In this document: one piece after another, positions 37,818 through 47,363 of the stretch
Layout: every line of letters starts with the position of its first letter
How positions within the stretch are numbered: the stretch's first letter is position 1
Assembly (NCBI GenBank): GCA_029260965.1
Contig: JAJDCG010000001.1
Location: 312,012 to 376,011 of the forward strand
Length of the DNA: 64,000 nucleotides
Direction: 5' to 3'
DNA from: Candidatus Levyibacteriota bacterium
GTDB taxonomy: Bacteria > Patescibacteriota > Microgenomatia > Levybacterales > UBA12049
Program-made: the position numbers and the translations under genes
The notes under the pieces: generated by a model
What the model was told of the DNA's origin: nothing
The model's database searches: none
Seen by the model: only the letters and a program-made list of their open reading frames with translations

Positions 37818-39011
37818 TTAGTTGACATAGTTCACGTGGAGGTAGAGAGTATCCAAATCACCCTCGTCGTGATCAACTCTAACATAGCGCAGTCTGCAGC
37901 CTCCTCCGCCTGTGTAGCTTCCTTGATAGAGGGTTCCTGATTTTACGGCTCTTACCACAGCTGATCCATAGACGTCTATTCCGTTATGGAATGAATAGAT
38001 GCCTGATATTGCTGCAAATCCAGTATTTCCATAACCCTGATAGTATTCAATGGTTCCTGATAGTGGCCAGTCCCAGCTGCCTGATGCTGTCCAGGGATCG
38101 TTTGTATAGCTGTTGTGCCCAGTGTCTTTCAGGTGGTTAAATGGATTTTCTGTACCACCCCCACGTAGCACAGTGAAGTGGAGATGGGTGCCTGTTGAGT
38201 TGCATGACGCACCTTGTATTATAGAAGCGATTGCATCACCTTGGTTGACGTGTCCTATTTTTCCTTCAGTGCCTTGTCCAGAGATGACTCCCTGAACAGC
38301 AAGGTATTCTGCTTTTGCCTCTGCAAGAAGAGCCTGATATCTTTCTTCAGATCCTTTGGTTTGCTCGAGGAGGTTTTCTTTGTTTTCCCGCTCTTTATCC
38401 AGTTGAGTATTATATTCTTCTAGTTGTGTTTGTAAGCCCTCTATTTTTGCTTTCTTGTCCTCAAATATATTTTTCTGATTGGCATAGTCATTTTTCGCTT
38501 GCTGGGCGTTGTACATGAGTTTTTTATCGTGTTCTTGTACTAGTTTGAGATAGGTTGATTTGGTAAAAAGATTATCAACATCACCTGCTGCTGCCAATAT
38601 GTGAAGTGGTCCTACGTCACCTGCTTTGTATGTCGCGATAATTCTATTGACAAGTACTTCGCTGATATCATCCAGTGATGCCTCTAGTTTATCGACGCGT
38701 TTAGTTGCAGAGTCTATATCAAGTGTAAGTTCCATAATTTCTGCCTTTGTTGCATCCATGCGTGCTTCGGTAAGCTTGATCTGATTATCCATCACGCCTA
38801 TTTGAGAGGAGAGAGAATTTTCCTGTGATTTAAGCTCTGCAATTTTTGATTCGTATTCTGCTATTTTATTGCCAAGCTCTTGAGTGTTAGAAGAATTAGG
38901 TTTTGGGGTAGGGGTGGGTGTTGTTTGTGCATAAACAAATACACTCCCAAAAATTAAAAAAAGTGCAATAGTAAATATGGTTTTGAACATTTTTTTTCTT
39001 AGGATTTTCAT
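37818..39011 (-). CDS. M23 family metallopeptidase with N-terminal coiled-coil (EnvC-like)
   Basis: Signal peptide, ~250 aa of coiled-coil, and a C-terminal M23 domain (HxxxD...GTHLHF). Confidence 0.8.
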   Translation of the reverse strand: MKILRKKMFKTIFTIALFLIFGSVFVYAQTTPTPTPKPNSSNTQELGNKIAEYESKIAELKSQENSLSSQIGVMDNQIKLTEARMDATKAEIMELTLDIDSATKRVDKLEASLDDISEVLVNRIIATYKAGDVGPLHILAAAGDVDNLFTKSTYLKLVQEHDKKLMYNAQQAKNDYANQKNIFEDKKAKIEGLQTQLEEYNTQLDKERENKENLLEQTKGSEERYQALLAEAKAEYLAVQGVISGQGTEGKIGHVNQGDAIASIIQGASCNSTGTHLHFTVLRGGGTENPFNHLKDTGHNSYTNDPWTASGSWDWPLSGTIEYYQGYGNTGFAAISGIYSFHNGIDVYGSAVVRAVKSGTLYQGSYTGGGGCRLRYVRVDHDEGDLDTLYLHVNYVN

Positions 39012-39027
39012 AGGCAGGAAAGTATAT

Positions 39028-39900
39028 CTATTTTACTTTAAGATAGCGACGGACTGCAAGTGAAGAGGCAACAACTCCAAGTGCTGTTGCGATTATTAGT
39101 TCAACAAAAAGGAGAAGTATGAGAAAAACAGGCGATACAGGAAGAATAGAAATTCCTTTCAAAAAACTTTCGAGAAATGGAGTTGCAAGGAGTAAGCCAA
39201 CTGACGCTATTGTCCAGCCTATGACTGTGCCTGCTATGCCGTAAAATATACCCTCGAGGACAAATGGAAGTCTTATGTACCAGTCGGTTGCTGAAAGAAG
39301 CTTCATGATTTCGATTTCGTCTTTTTTCTGAGAAACCTTAAAGCCTATGATTATCATCATTATAAATATAGAAACAACCGTCAGTATAATAACGATGGTT
39401 ACGCCAATTACGCGAATTGCATTCGTCCAGTTAGAGAGCGTATCTACAATGTCGCGTTGATAAACAACTTCAGAAATAATGGGTGATCCTTTTAGTGTTT
39501 CAGAAATTTCAGTCAGATCCTCGATTTCGTAAGTTGATATTTCCAGAGATGCAGGCAGTATGTCCTCTGTGACCAGATCCAAGAGGAGGCGATCATCTTT
39601 ATTTTGCTCTTCATATATTTGTAGAGCCTGGGACTTGGTTACAAATCTGGTTCTTGATACTTTGCCTGTTTGTTTTAGATTTTCCTCGAGCTTGGCAATT
39701 TCTTCAGGTTTTGCTTCGTCTTTAAAAAATGCAGTTGCTTGAGGTTTTGACTCAAAATGCTTGATGATGGCGGATGATCCAAAAATCAAAAAAGTAAAAA
39801 CCGAAACAGTCAAAAATGTAAGCACCATGATGGTTACAGCAGCAAGTGCTTGATGCGGGGTGCGTCTGATGTGTTTCCAGCTTTCCCTAGCGTGTTTCAT
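39028..39900 (-). CDS. ftsX: Cell division ABC transporter permease FtsX
   Basis: 4-TM topology with a large first extracytoplasmic loop; 4-nt overlap with ftsE. Confidence 0.8.
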   Translation of the reverse strand: MKHARESWKHIRRTPHQALAAVTIMVLTFLTVSVFTFLIFGSSAIIKHFESKPQATAFFKDEAKPEEIAKLEENLKQTGKVSRTRFVTKSQALQIYEEQNKDDRLLLDLVTEDILPASLEISTYEIEDLTEISETLKGSPIISEVVYQRDIVDTLSNWTNAIRVIGVTIVIILTVVSIFIMMIIIGFKVSQKKDEIEIMKLLSATDWYIRLPFVLEGIFYGIAGTVIGWTIASVGLLLATPFLESFLKGISILPVSPVFLILLLFVELIIATALGVVASSLAVRRYLKVK

Positions 39901-40631
39901 TTTTCCTCCTCCTTTTTATCAGGTTCTTTTTTGTCTTCATGTTTATCTTGTTCTTTTGTTTCTTTACTTTTTTTATTATCGTTTATGAGTTTGCCTTTCT
40001 CAAGTACTAGAACACGCTTGAGGAGATTGTTTATTATGTCTGTGTTGTGAGTTGCCATGAGAATGGTCGTTCCTGATTTATTGATGTCTTGAAGTAGTTT
40101 CACAATTTCCCATGACGTAGTAGTGTCCAGATTTCCTGTTGGTTCATCCGCAAGCAGAATCTCAGGTGAGAAAACAAGCGCTCTTGCTATTGCAGCTCGC
40201 TGAAGCTCTCCACCTGAGAGCTGGATAGGAAACTTGTCCCTGTGCTCTGCGATTCCGACTTGTTCCAGTATCGCATCTACTTTTTGGGTTGTTTCACTTT
40301 CTGCTACGCCTGCAACTTCAAGAGGGAGTAATATGTTTTCGAAAATTGTGCGGTCACGGAGAAGTTTTAGATCCTGGAAAACAACACCTATACTTTTTCT
40401 TAGGTTTGGGATATGCCTGTCTGTTAATTTTCCGATATTCCAGGCGCCAATATGGATTTCTCCTGAGGTTGGTTTCATTTCTCGTGTGATGAGACGAAAA
40501 AGAGTAGTTTTGCCAGAACCTGACGGCCCCACGAGAAAGACAAACTCACCCTTGTCGATTGAAAACGTTACTTCAGATAGGGCAGTTGTACCAGTTGGAA
40601 ATTCTTTGGTGACATTATCAAGTCGTATCAT
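39897..40631 (-). CDS. ftsE: Cell division ATP-binding protein FtsE (with K/E-rich C-terminal tail)
   Basis: Walker A GPSGSGKTT, ABC signature LSGGELQR, Walker B LLADEPTGNLD; ~25-aa KE-rich tail. Confidence 0.9.
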   Translation of the reverse strand: MIRLDNVTKEFPTGTTALSEVTFSIDKGEFVFLVGPSGSGKTTLFRLITREMKPTSGEIHIGAWNIGKLTDRHIPNLRKSIGVVFQDLKLLRDRTIFENILLPLEVAGVAESETTQKVDAILEQVGIAEHRDKFPIQLSGGELQRAAIARALVFSPEILLADEPTGNLDTTTSWEIVKLLQDINKSGTTILMATHNTDIINNLLKRVLVLEKGKLINDNKKSKETKEQDKHEDKKEPDKKEEEK

Positions 40632-41107
40632 TCTAGCACTTCAATTCGTCCAACATCCATAAGCCATCCCGCTGTTTGAGCAGCCTGTGTCTGGCCCCAG
40701 ACTTTTATTTTCTTTCCTACTACCTTTGAAAGATCAACTGTTGATGATGTCATATAGACGTTTTGTGACTCTCCGCCCGACCTGACCAGATGATATGCTC
40801 CTTCTCCCTCGATGCCTCCTTCATTCACTACGCCCTCTGCCGTATCTGAAAAAGTGTCAGTATCGTCAGATCCTATGATGTCGCCTTTTTGGGGGTTGTT
40901 TGCGCTGGGTAGTGCGGCAATAGGTTTGTTGCCAGGAGTTGTAGAATATTTGGCGAGTGCAAATCCCGTGCCTACTCCAAGACCAATTACGACTATAAAT
41001 AGAATTGCCAATTTTTTCATGTTTTTGCTTGATGTGTCATCTTTGAAGCTATGCATGACTTCTTCACTTTTTGGTGTCTCTGAAGTAGTTTTTTCTTCTT
41101 TTTCCAT
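40628..41107 (-). CDS. Hypothetical single-TM protein (start uncertain; alternatives at 41056 and 41020)
   Basis: 4-nt overlap with ftsE. The track start (41233) would overlap tsaC divergently by 56 nt, so an internal ATG is preferred. There is one TM helix and no domain. Confidence 0.35.
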   Translation of the reverse strand: MEKEEKTTSETPKSEEVMHSFKDDTSSKNMKKLAILFIVVIGLGVGTGFALAKYSTTPGNKPIAALPSANNPQKGDIIGSDDTDTFSDTAEGVVNEGGIEGEGAYHLVRSGGESQNVYMTSSTVDLSKVVGKKIKVWGQTQAAQTAGWLMDVGRIEVLE

Positions 41108-41177
41108 ATAGTAAAGTACAGTAAGTATTGCACATTTTATATGGTTTGGCAACACTCTGTTATAATCCAGATTATAC

Positions 41178-41759
41178 ATGAAAAAAGACGTTGAAATAGC
41201 AGTTAAAACCCTCAATAAAGGAGGAGTAATCATCTTTCCGACAGATACAGCCTATGGCATAGGGTGTCGAATAGATAATTATGAAGCGGTTCGAAGATTG
41301 TTCAAAATCCGTAAAAGAGCGGAGAATAAGGCTGTGCCTGTCCTCGTTTCGAGTGTCGAAATGGCGCAAAAGTATCTGATGCCGATATCAAATGAGATTA
41401 AAGAAAAACTTATCTACAAATACTGGCCAGGTGCCTGCACAATAATACTTGACCGTAATAAGACCTATGTACCTGATTTGGTAAGCGGAGGTGGGAGTAC
41501 CTTGGGGGTGAGGATGCCAGATAATGATGTGATAATCAATATTATTGAAAATGTTGGCGTGCCAATTCTTGCTCCTTCCGCAAATTTTTCAGGAGAAAAG
41601 ACACCTTTTACTTTTGGAGAATTGGATCCTGAACTGGTAAAATTGGTTGATTATGTGATTTCGGGAGAGTGTAGCCTCAGGGAGGCCTCGACCGTAATTG
41701 ACTGCAGTCTTTGGCCTTGGAAGATATTAAGACAAGGAGGCATCAAGCTCAGTCTTTAA
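41178..41759 (+). CDS. tsaC: L-threonylcarbamoyladenylate synthase (YrdC/Sua5 family)
   Basis: IIFPTDTAYGIGC and the YrdC fold; 193 aa. Confidence 0.85.
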   Translation: MKKDVEIAVKTLNKGGVIIFPTDTAYGIGCRIDNYEAVRRLFKIRKRAENKAVPVLVSSVEMAQKYLMPISNEIKEKLIYKYWPGACTIILDRNKTYVPDLVSGGGSTLGVRMPDNDVIINIIENVGVPILAPSANFSGEKTPFTFGELDPELVKLVDYVISGECSLREASTVIDCSLWPWKILRQGGIKLSL

Positions 41760-41780
41760 TATTAAGAATAAAATATCAGT

Positions 41781-42089
41781 ATGAATATTCTAAAAATTGA
41801 CACTTCAAGCAATAGTGAGGTTATCGTGGGTTTGAAAATAGGAGATAAAGAGTTTATAAAAAAAAAGCCTCTAGATTATAGAAAGGCACAGGCAGTTCTT
41901 CCGATGGTTGAGAGCATCCTGAAACAGCATAAAATTGAATTAAAAAATCTCGATGGAATTGAGGTTAAAAAGGGTCCAGGGTCTTTTACGGGACTAAGAG
42001 TTGGGGTGGCTGTAGCAAATGCTTTAGGATATTTATTGGACATTCCGGTGAATGAAAAAAAGATAATCATAGAGCCATCATATAAATGA
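41781..42089 (+). CDS. Truncated TsaB (YeaZ)-like protein, N-terminal domain only
   Basis: MNILKIDTSS...GPGSFTGLRVGVAVANALG matches the TsaB N-terminal ASKHA half. The ORF ends at 102 aa, against ~230 aa for full-length TsaB. Confidence 0.55.
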   Translation: MNILKIDTSSNSEVIVGLKIGDKEFIKKKPLDYRKAQAVLPMVESILKQHKIELKNLDGIEVKKGPGSFTGLRVGVAVANALGYLLDIPVNEKKIIIEPSYK

Positions 42090-42144
42090 TTTATGACGGT
42101 TTGGTTATGGGTATTTGTTATAAATAATTTGTTATACTATTTTT

Positions 42145-43053
42145 ATGATTAAATTTTTGAAGCATTATTTTGTTCCACACAGCTCCAATGATCATCGTGC
42201 CCGAATTCTACATCCTAGTTTTCTTTCATTTTTCATTGTAGTTTTGCTAAGCTTGCTTATTGTTGCTCCCCATATCAAGCAGGCTTATCCAGCGGTTTTA
42301 GGTGTATCAACGAATATCTCTATTAACGAGCTGGTTGATTATACAAATCAAAAGAGGTCTGAGAATGGACTACCTTCACTTAGTCTCAGTAGCCAGCTTT
42401 CATCTGCTGCGTCAGGCAAAGCTATGGATATGTTCACCAACAATTATTGGGCTCATGTATCACCGAGTGGAACTACTCCATGGTTCTTTATAAGAAACGC
42501 AGGTTATAATTATGTTTACGCTGGAGAAAATCTCGCACGAGGATTTGACAATGCATCAGACATAGTTAATGCATGGATGGCAAGTCCATCTCATCGAGAA
42601 AATATCTTGTCAGGTAATTATAGTGAGGTGGGTTTTGCAGTTCAGGATGGTAGTCTGACGGGATCAGATACTATTTTGGTAGTTCAGATGTTCGGTTCTC
42701 AAAACAGTACCAATGTTGCACAGGGGGGCGTGTCAGATGATGTCCAAGCCTCAGTTGTTGAGACGGAAATAACTCCTGTCCCAACTGGTGTGCCAGTTGC
42801 AAGTGCTCCAGAATCTACGAATGCTCAAGGAGTGGCAGCCCTGACAAGTCAACCATTAGTAGATAGTAGCTTAGCCACTCGTAATATCTCACTATTTATA
42901 ATGATGCTTTTGATTGTTGTATTGGCGGTTGAGCTAGTTGTTATTGATAGAAAAAAGATAGAGAGAATAGTTTCGCATAATTTGGATCATATAATATTCC
43001 TGGTAATTATTGTGATAGCTGCTATAATAATCGGTGGAGGGTCTGTACTGTAA
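42145..43053 (+). CDS. CAP (SCP/PR1-like, YkwD-type) domain protein with N- and C-terminal TM segments
   Basis: NYWAHVSPSG...GENLARG...MASPSHRENIL are CAP-domain motifs. Hydrophobic segments at both ends. Confidence 0.75.
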   Translation: MIKFLKHYFVPHSSNDHRARILHPSFLSFFIVVLLSLLIVAPHIKQAYPAVLGVSTNISINELVDYTNQKRSENGLPSLSLSSQLSSAASGKAMDMFTNNYWAHVSPSGTTPWFFIRNAGYNYVYAGENLARGFDNASDIVNAWMASPSHRENILSGNYSEVGFAVQDGSLTGSDTILVVQMFGSQNSTNVAQGGVSDDVQASVVETEITPVPTGVPVASAPESTNAQGVAALTSQPLVDSSLATRNISLFIMMLLIVVLAVELVVIDRKKIERIVSHNLDHIIFLVIIVIAAIIIGGGSVL

Positions 43054-43304
43054 TGTCAAGCATAAAGGAACACAGAGCATATTATATTTTTTTTACCTTA
43101 ATACAGATTCTTGGTTTGGTTATTCTCTTGACAGCGCCTAATCAGAAAATACAACTGACTGCAATACTTCTTATGGCTTTTTCATATTTTGTATTTGCTA
43201 TAGCACATCATATGATGAATCATGACTTAACAGCTAAAATTGTTGTAGAATATGCATTGTTCGCAAGTATCGGATTGGCAGTCGTGATGCTGTTACTTAG
43301 ATAA
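43053..43304 (+). CDS. Small 3-TM membrane protein
   Basis: 83 aa; ATGA-type overlap with the upstream gene. Confidence 0.4.
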   Translation: MSSIKEHRAYYIFFTLIQILGLVILLTAPNQKIQLTAILLMAFSYFVFAIAHHMMNHDLTAKIVVEYALFASIGLAVVMLLLR

Positions 43305-43310
43305 ATTATT

Positions 43311-44051
43311 ATGAAAGGAGTTATATTAGCAGGAGGGTTGGCAACAAGACTGAGGCCTCTGACGCTTGTTACAAATAAGCATTTGCTTCCAATTTATAAT
43401 AAGCCGATGATTTATTATCCGCTTGAAGCGATGGTAAAAGCAGGCATAAAAGAAGTGCTTGTTACATCATCGCCTGATCATGCTGGACATTTTGCCAATC
43501 TGTTGGGATCTGGAGAAGATTTTGGTCTTAAGCTCTACTATGCAGTGCAGGAGAATCCCAAAGGGGGCATTTCTGATGCGATAATTCTGGCTGATGAATT
43601 TGCAAAAGATGAAAAAATATTGGTACTGTTGGGAGACAATATATTTGGTTTTGATTTAAGAGAATCAGTTGAAATGTTTGAAAAGAGAGAGAAGGGAGCA
43701 ATGACTTTTGGAATCGAGATGCCAACAGAGTCAAAGCAATACGGTGTAATTGAGAAAGATTTAGATGATAATGTGATATCAATTGAAGAAAAGCCTGAAA
43801 ACCCTAAATCAAATATAGCTCAAACCGGAATTTATATGTACGACAACAGGGTTTTTAGTTTTATAAAAGACCTATCTCCATCCCAGAGAGGTGAGCTGGA
43901 GGTAACAGATCTTAATAATTTTTACGTCAAAGAAGGGACTATGAAATGCGAGATGATAGATTGGTGGATTGATGCAGGAACATCATTTGACGAGCTTCTC
44001 CGTGCTAATAAAATGGTTGCAGAAAAAGTAAAATCAGGAGAACTTCAATAA
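43311..44051 (+). CDS. rmlA: Glucose-1-phosphate thymidylyltransferase (short form)
   Basis: MKGVILAGGLATRLRPLT..LLPIYNKPMIYYPL..LGDNIF is near-collinear with RmlA. It lacks the C-terminal ~45 aa. Confidence 0.8.
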   Translation: MKGVILAGGLATRLRPLTLVTNKHLLPIYNKPMIYYPLEAMVKAGIKEVLVTSSPDHAGHFANLLGSGEDFGLKLYYAVQENPKGGISDAIILADEFAKDEKILVLLGDNIFGFDLRESVEMFEKREKGAMTFGIEMPTESKQYGVIEKDLDDNVISIEEKPENPKSNIAQTGIYMYDNRVFSFIKDLSPSQRGELEVTDLNNFYVKEGTMKCEMIDWWIDAGTSFDELLRANKMVAEKVKSGELQ

Positions 44052-44052
44052 T

Positions 44053-45066
44053 ATGAAACTTCTTGTTACCGGTGGGGCGGGTTTTATTGGCTCCAATTTT
44101 ATTCTTTATTGGATGAAGGAACATCCTCAAGATGTGATTGTTAATTTTGACAAACTTACTTATGCTGGGAATCTAGAAAATCTCAAAGAAGTCGAAAAAA
44201 ATCCAAATTACAGTTTTATTCATGGAGATGTTTGTGATCCCGAGGCAGTTGATGGTGCAATGCGGGGAGTAGATATTGTAGTTCATTTTGCAGCCGAGAC
44301 ACATGTTGATAGGTCGATCACTGGCCCTGCAGTATTTGTAATGACAAACGTTGTGGGAACGCAGGTGCTTTTGGATGCAGCAGTGAAAAATGCTGTCAAA
44401 AGGTTCCATCATGTTTCAACTGATGAAGTTTTTGGATCACTTGATCTAGATGATACGAATAAATTTAGTGAACGAACAAATTATAACCCCAGAAGTCCAT
44501 ATTCGGCAAGCAAAGCTGGATCCGATCATTTGGTTAGATCTTATTTTATTACTTATGGTTTGCCCATTACCATTACAAATTGTTCTAATAATTTTGGACC
44601 ATATATGTTTCCTGAGAAATTGATTCCTCTTGCGATTACAAATGTATTGGAAAATAAGAAAATTCCTATTTATGGTGATGGGTTATATGTCAGGGATTGG
44701 TTATATGTTGAAGATCATGCGCGAGCAATTGATGTTGTTTTGAATAAGGGAAAAATAGGTGAAACATATCTTGTTGGTGGAATGACAGATCTTATCCCAA
44801 ATATTGAAATTGCCAAGAGAATACTTAAAATTTTAGGAAAAGATGAAAGCTATATAGAGTTTGTCAAAGACCGCCCAGGGCATGATAGAAAGTATGATGT
44901 TGATTGGTCAAAAATAAAAAAGGAGCTTGGGTGGAAACCACAACATAGCTTTGATGAATATTTAGAAAAAACTATTCAGTGGTATAAGAGTCACGAAGAA
45001 TGGTGGAAGAGAGTAAAGTCAGGTAAATATGAAGAGTATTACAAAAACCAATACGAATCTAAATAA
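44053..45066 (+). CDS. rmlB: dTDP-glucose 4,6-dehydratase
   Basis: VTGGAGFIGSNF, the YSASKA catalytic triad region, and the SDR-extended fold; 337 aa. Confidence 0.9.
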   Translation: MKLLVTGGAGFIGSNFILYWMKEHPQDVIVNFDKLTYAGNLENLKEVEKNPNYSFIHGDVCDPEAVDGAMRGVDIVVHFAAETHVDRSITGPAVFVMTNVVGTQVLLDAAVKNAVKRFHHVSTDEVFGSLDLDDTNKFSERTNYNPRSPYSASKAGSDHLVRSYFITYGLPITITNCSNNFGPYMFPEKLIPLAITNVLENKKIPIYGDGLYVRDWLYVEDHARAIDVVLNKGKIGETYLVGGMTDLIPNIEIAKRILKILGKDESYIEFVKDRPGHDRKYDVDWSKIKKELGWKPQHSFDEYLEKTIQWYKSHEEWWKRVKSGKYEEYYKNQYESK

Positions 45067-45070
45067 CTTC

Positions 45071-45607
45071 ATGTCAAAATCAAGAATCATTTCAAAAGAT
45101 ATAGTTTTTCAGTCGAAAACATTTAGGATTGAGAAAACTAAATATAATAGAGAAGGAAAAATATTTATCAAGGATATTATCATTAGAAGTCCACACGTTA
45201 TAATAATTCCTTTGACAGATAATAATGAAATATATCTTGCTTCAGAATTCAGAGATATCTATCAAGAGGAAAAACTAGAGTTGATCGCTGGATATATGGA
45301 AGATGATGAGGACCCACTAGATGCTGCAAAAAGAGAACTAAAAGAGGAGGGTGGGCTTACAGCAGGTAAGTGGACTTTGCTTGGAACAAAACACACATCT
45401 GCAAATATGGATAGTAAGGTTCATATTTTCCTCGCAGAGGAAATAAAAGAGGGCGGTCAGACACTTGATGAAGATGAGCAGATAAGCTTGACTAAAGTAC
45501 CCCTAGGTGTTGCAGTGGATAAGGTAGTAAATGGAGAAATAGATATATTTTCTTATATTGCGACAATACTTCTTTTTGATAAGTTGAAAAAAGAAGATAG
45601 AGTTTGA
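45071..45607 (+). CDS. NUDIX hydrolase
   Basis: Nudix box GYMEDDEDPLDAAKRELKEEGGL. Start at ATG 45071, 4 nt after the rmlB stop (the track start overlaps by 38 nt). Confidence 0.7.
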   Translation: MSKSRIISKDIVFQSKTFRIEKTKYNREGKIFIKDIIIRSPHVIIIPLTDNNEIYLASEFRDIYQEEKLELIAGYMEDDEDPLDAAKRELKEEGGLTAGKWTLLGTKHTSANMDSKVHIFLAEEIKEGGQTLDEDEQISLTKVPLGVAVDKVVNGEIDIFSYIATILLFDKLKKEDRV

Positions 45608-45610
45608 TCT

Positions 45611-46468
45611 ATGAAAAAAGTTTTTATAACAGGGGGGACTGGGATGGTTGGCTCAAGGATAATTGAGCTACTCGAAGATAAATACAAGTTTACAAATCTA
45701 AGTAGAGAAAGAGGTGTTGACATAGCTGATTTTCAGAGTCTGAAGATGGTCAGAGAAGACAGGGAGCATGATTTTTTTATTCATGTTGCGGCAAAAGCTG
45801 ATGTGGATGGATGTGAGAAAGATAAAAAGGATGGTGAAAGGGGAGATGCGTACAAAATCAATGTATTAGGAACAAAAAATGTAGCAGATGCCTGTTTGGC
45901 TGGTAAAAAAAAGCTTATATATATCTCTACCGATTTTGTATTTGATGGTGATATAGTGCCGGATGGAGGATACAAAGAAACAGATGTGCCATGTCCGATG
46001 AACTGGTACGCAGAGACAAAGTACAGAGGTGAAAAAGAGGTGGAGCAATCAGGTGTCCAATATGTTATTGCTCGAATATCGTATCCATACAGAAAAGAAT
46101 TTGATCCAAAAAAGGACTTTGCGAGGGCAATCAGAGATCGTCTGAAAGATGATAAATCAGTAATTGCAGTGACAGATCACATTATGACTCCGACTTTTAT
46201 TGATGATATTGCACGGGCCCTATATAAATTAGTTGAAAAAGACGCAAATGGAATATATCATGTCACTGGAGAACAAAGCCTTTCGCCATATGAAGCTGCG
46301 TTGATAATAGCGGATAGGTTTGGATTTGATAAAGGTTTGATTGGAAAAACAACAAGAGCTGAGTTTTTCAAAGGAAAAGCATACAGGCCATTTAATATGA
46401 CAATGAATAACAACAAGATAAAAAGTTTGGGTGTCCAAATGAGCAGGTTTGAAGATACACTTCAATAA
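45611..46468 (+). CDS. rmlD: dTDP-4-dehydrorhamnose reductase-like (RmlD family)
   Basis: ITGGTGMVGS, STDFVFDG, YAETKYRGE and the RmlD-type C-terminal region. Confidence 0.7.
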   Translation: MKKVFITGGTGMVGSRIIELLEDKYKFTNLSRERGVDIADFQSLKMVREDREHDFFIHVAAKADVDGCEKDKKDGERGDAYKINVLGTKNVADACLAGKKKLIYISTDFVFDGDIVPDGGYKETDVPCPMNWYAETKYRGEKEVEQSGVQYVIARISYPYRKEFDPKKDFARAIRDRLKDDKSVIAVTDHIMTPTFIDDIARALYKLVEKDANGIYHVTGEQSLSPYEAALIIADRFGFDKGLIGKTTRAEFFKGKAYRPFNMTMNNNKIKSLGVQMSRFEDTLQ

Positions 46469-46470
46469 TA

Positions 46471-47349
46471 ATGAATAAACTAACTGTTGCCCTTGCAACT
46501 TACAATGAAGAATCCAATATCAAGGACTGTCTTGAGTCGGTAATGGGTTTGGCAGATGAAATCGTGATAGTTGATGGCAATTCAACAGATAAGACAGTTG
46601 GGATTGCGAGAGAATTTGGTGCAAGAATAGAATTAACTGACAATCCTAAAATTTTTCACATCAACAAACAAAAGGCACTGGATATGTCTGTAAACAATTG
46701 GGTGCTACAGCTTGATGCAGATGAACGCGTGACAAAGGATCTTGCTCATGAGATAAAAAAAATAATTCAATTGTCTGATAAAGAGATTGATGATTATGAG
46801 GCGAATATGGGTGGAGCAAAACTGTTCAGGAGACATCAGAAGCTCATCGAAGAAAGAGACGGGCAGATAGGTAAAAAAGACGGTCGATATGTCGCTTTTT
46901 TTATTCCGAGGTTAAATTATTTTCTTGGAAAATACCTAAGACATGGCGGTGTATATCCAGATGGGGTAATCAGGCTGGTAGATAGACGATACGCACACCT
47001 TCCCTGTGTTGATGTGCATGAGCAGTTTGTAATTGATGGTAGAGTCGGTTGGCTCAAAAATCCATTATTTCACATAGATTCTCCTACATTCTCGCGATAT
47101 TGGCAAAGAAATAATAGGTACACAGCTTTAATTGGAGATCAGATAAAAAATGAGAAAAAAAATTTACTAACACCTTTGAGATATCTGATCTTTTTTCCTC
47201 TGAGGTGGTTTTTGTTAACTTCCTTTCGTCATAAAGGTATACTTGATGGATGGAGGGGTATTTTGTTTGCTTTTTTTTCATCGCTCAGATTCCCAATTGG
47301 CTACATGAAGTATTTGAAAAGTTTTTTTTCAAATACTGTGTTAAAATAA
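46471..47349 (+). CDS. Family 2 glycosyltransferase
   Basis: VALATYNEESNI...IVIVDGNSTDKT plus DAD/DxD motifs. Confidence 0.8.
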   Translation: MNKLTVALATYNEESNIKDCLESVMGLADEIVIVDGNSTDKTVGIAREFGARIELTDNPKIFHINKQKALDMSVNNWVLQLDADERVTKDLAHEIKKIIQLSDKEIDDYEANMGGAKLFRRHQKLIEERDGQIGKKDGRYVAFFIPRLNYFLGKYLRHGGVYPDGVIRLVDRRYAHLPCVDVHEQFVIDGRVGWLKNPLFHIDSPTFSRYWQRNNRYTALIGDQIKNEKKNLLTPLRYLIFFPLRWFLLTSFRHKGILDGWRGILFAFFSSLRFPIGYMKYLKSFFSNTVLK

Positions 47350-47363
47350 ATAATTATTAAATT

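Noticed and set aside
37187-37825. 212-aa plus-strand ORF rich in GVG repeats
   Set aside because: It is antisense to the PT-rich linker of the LTD protein; the repeats are simply the complement of the Pro/Thr codons.
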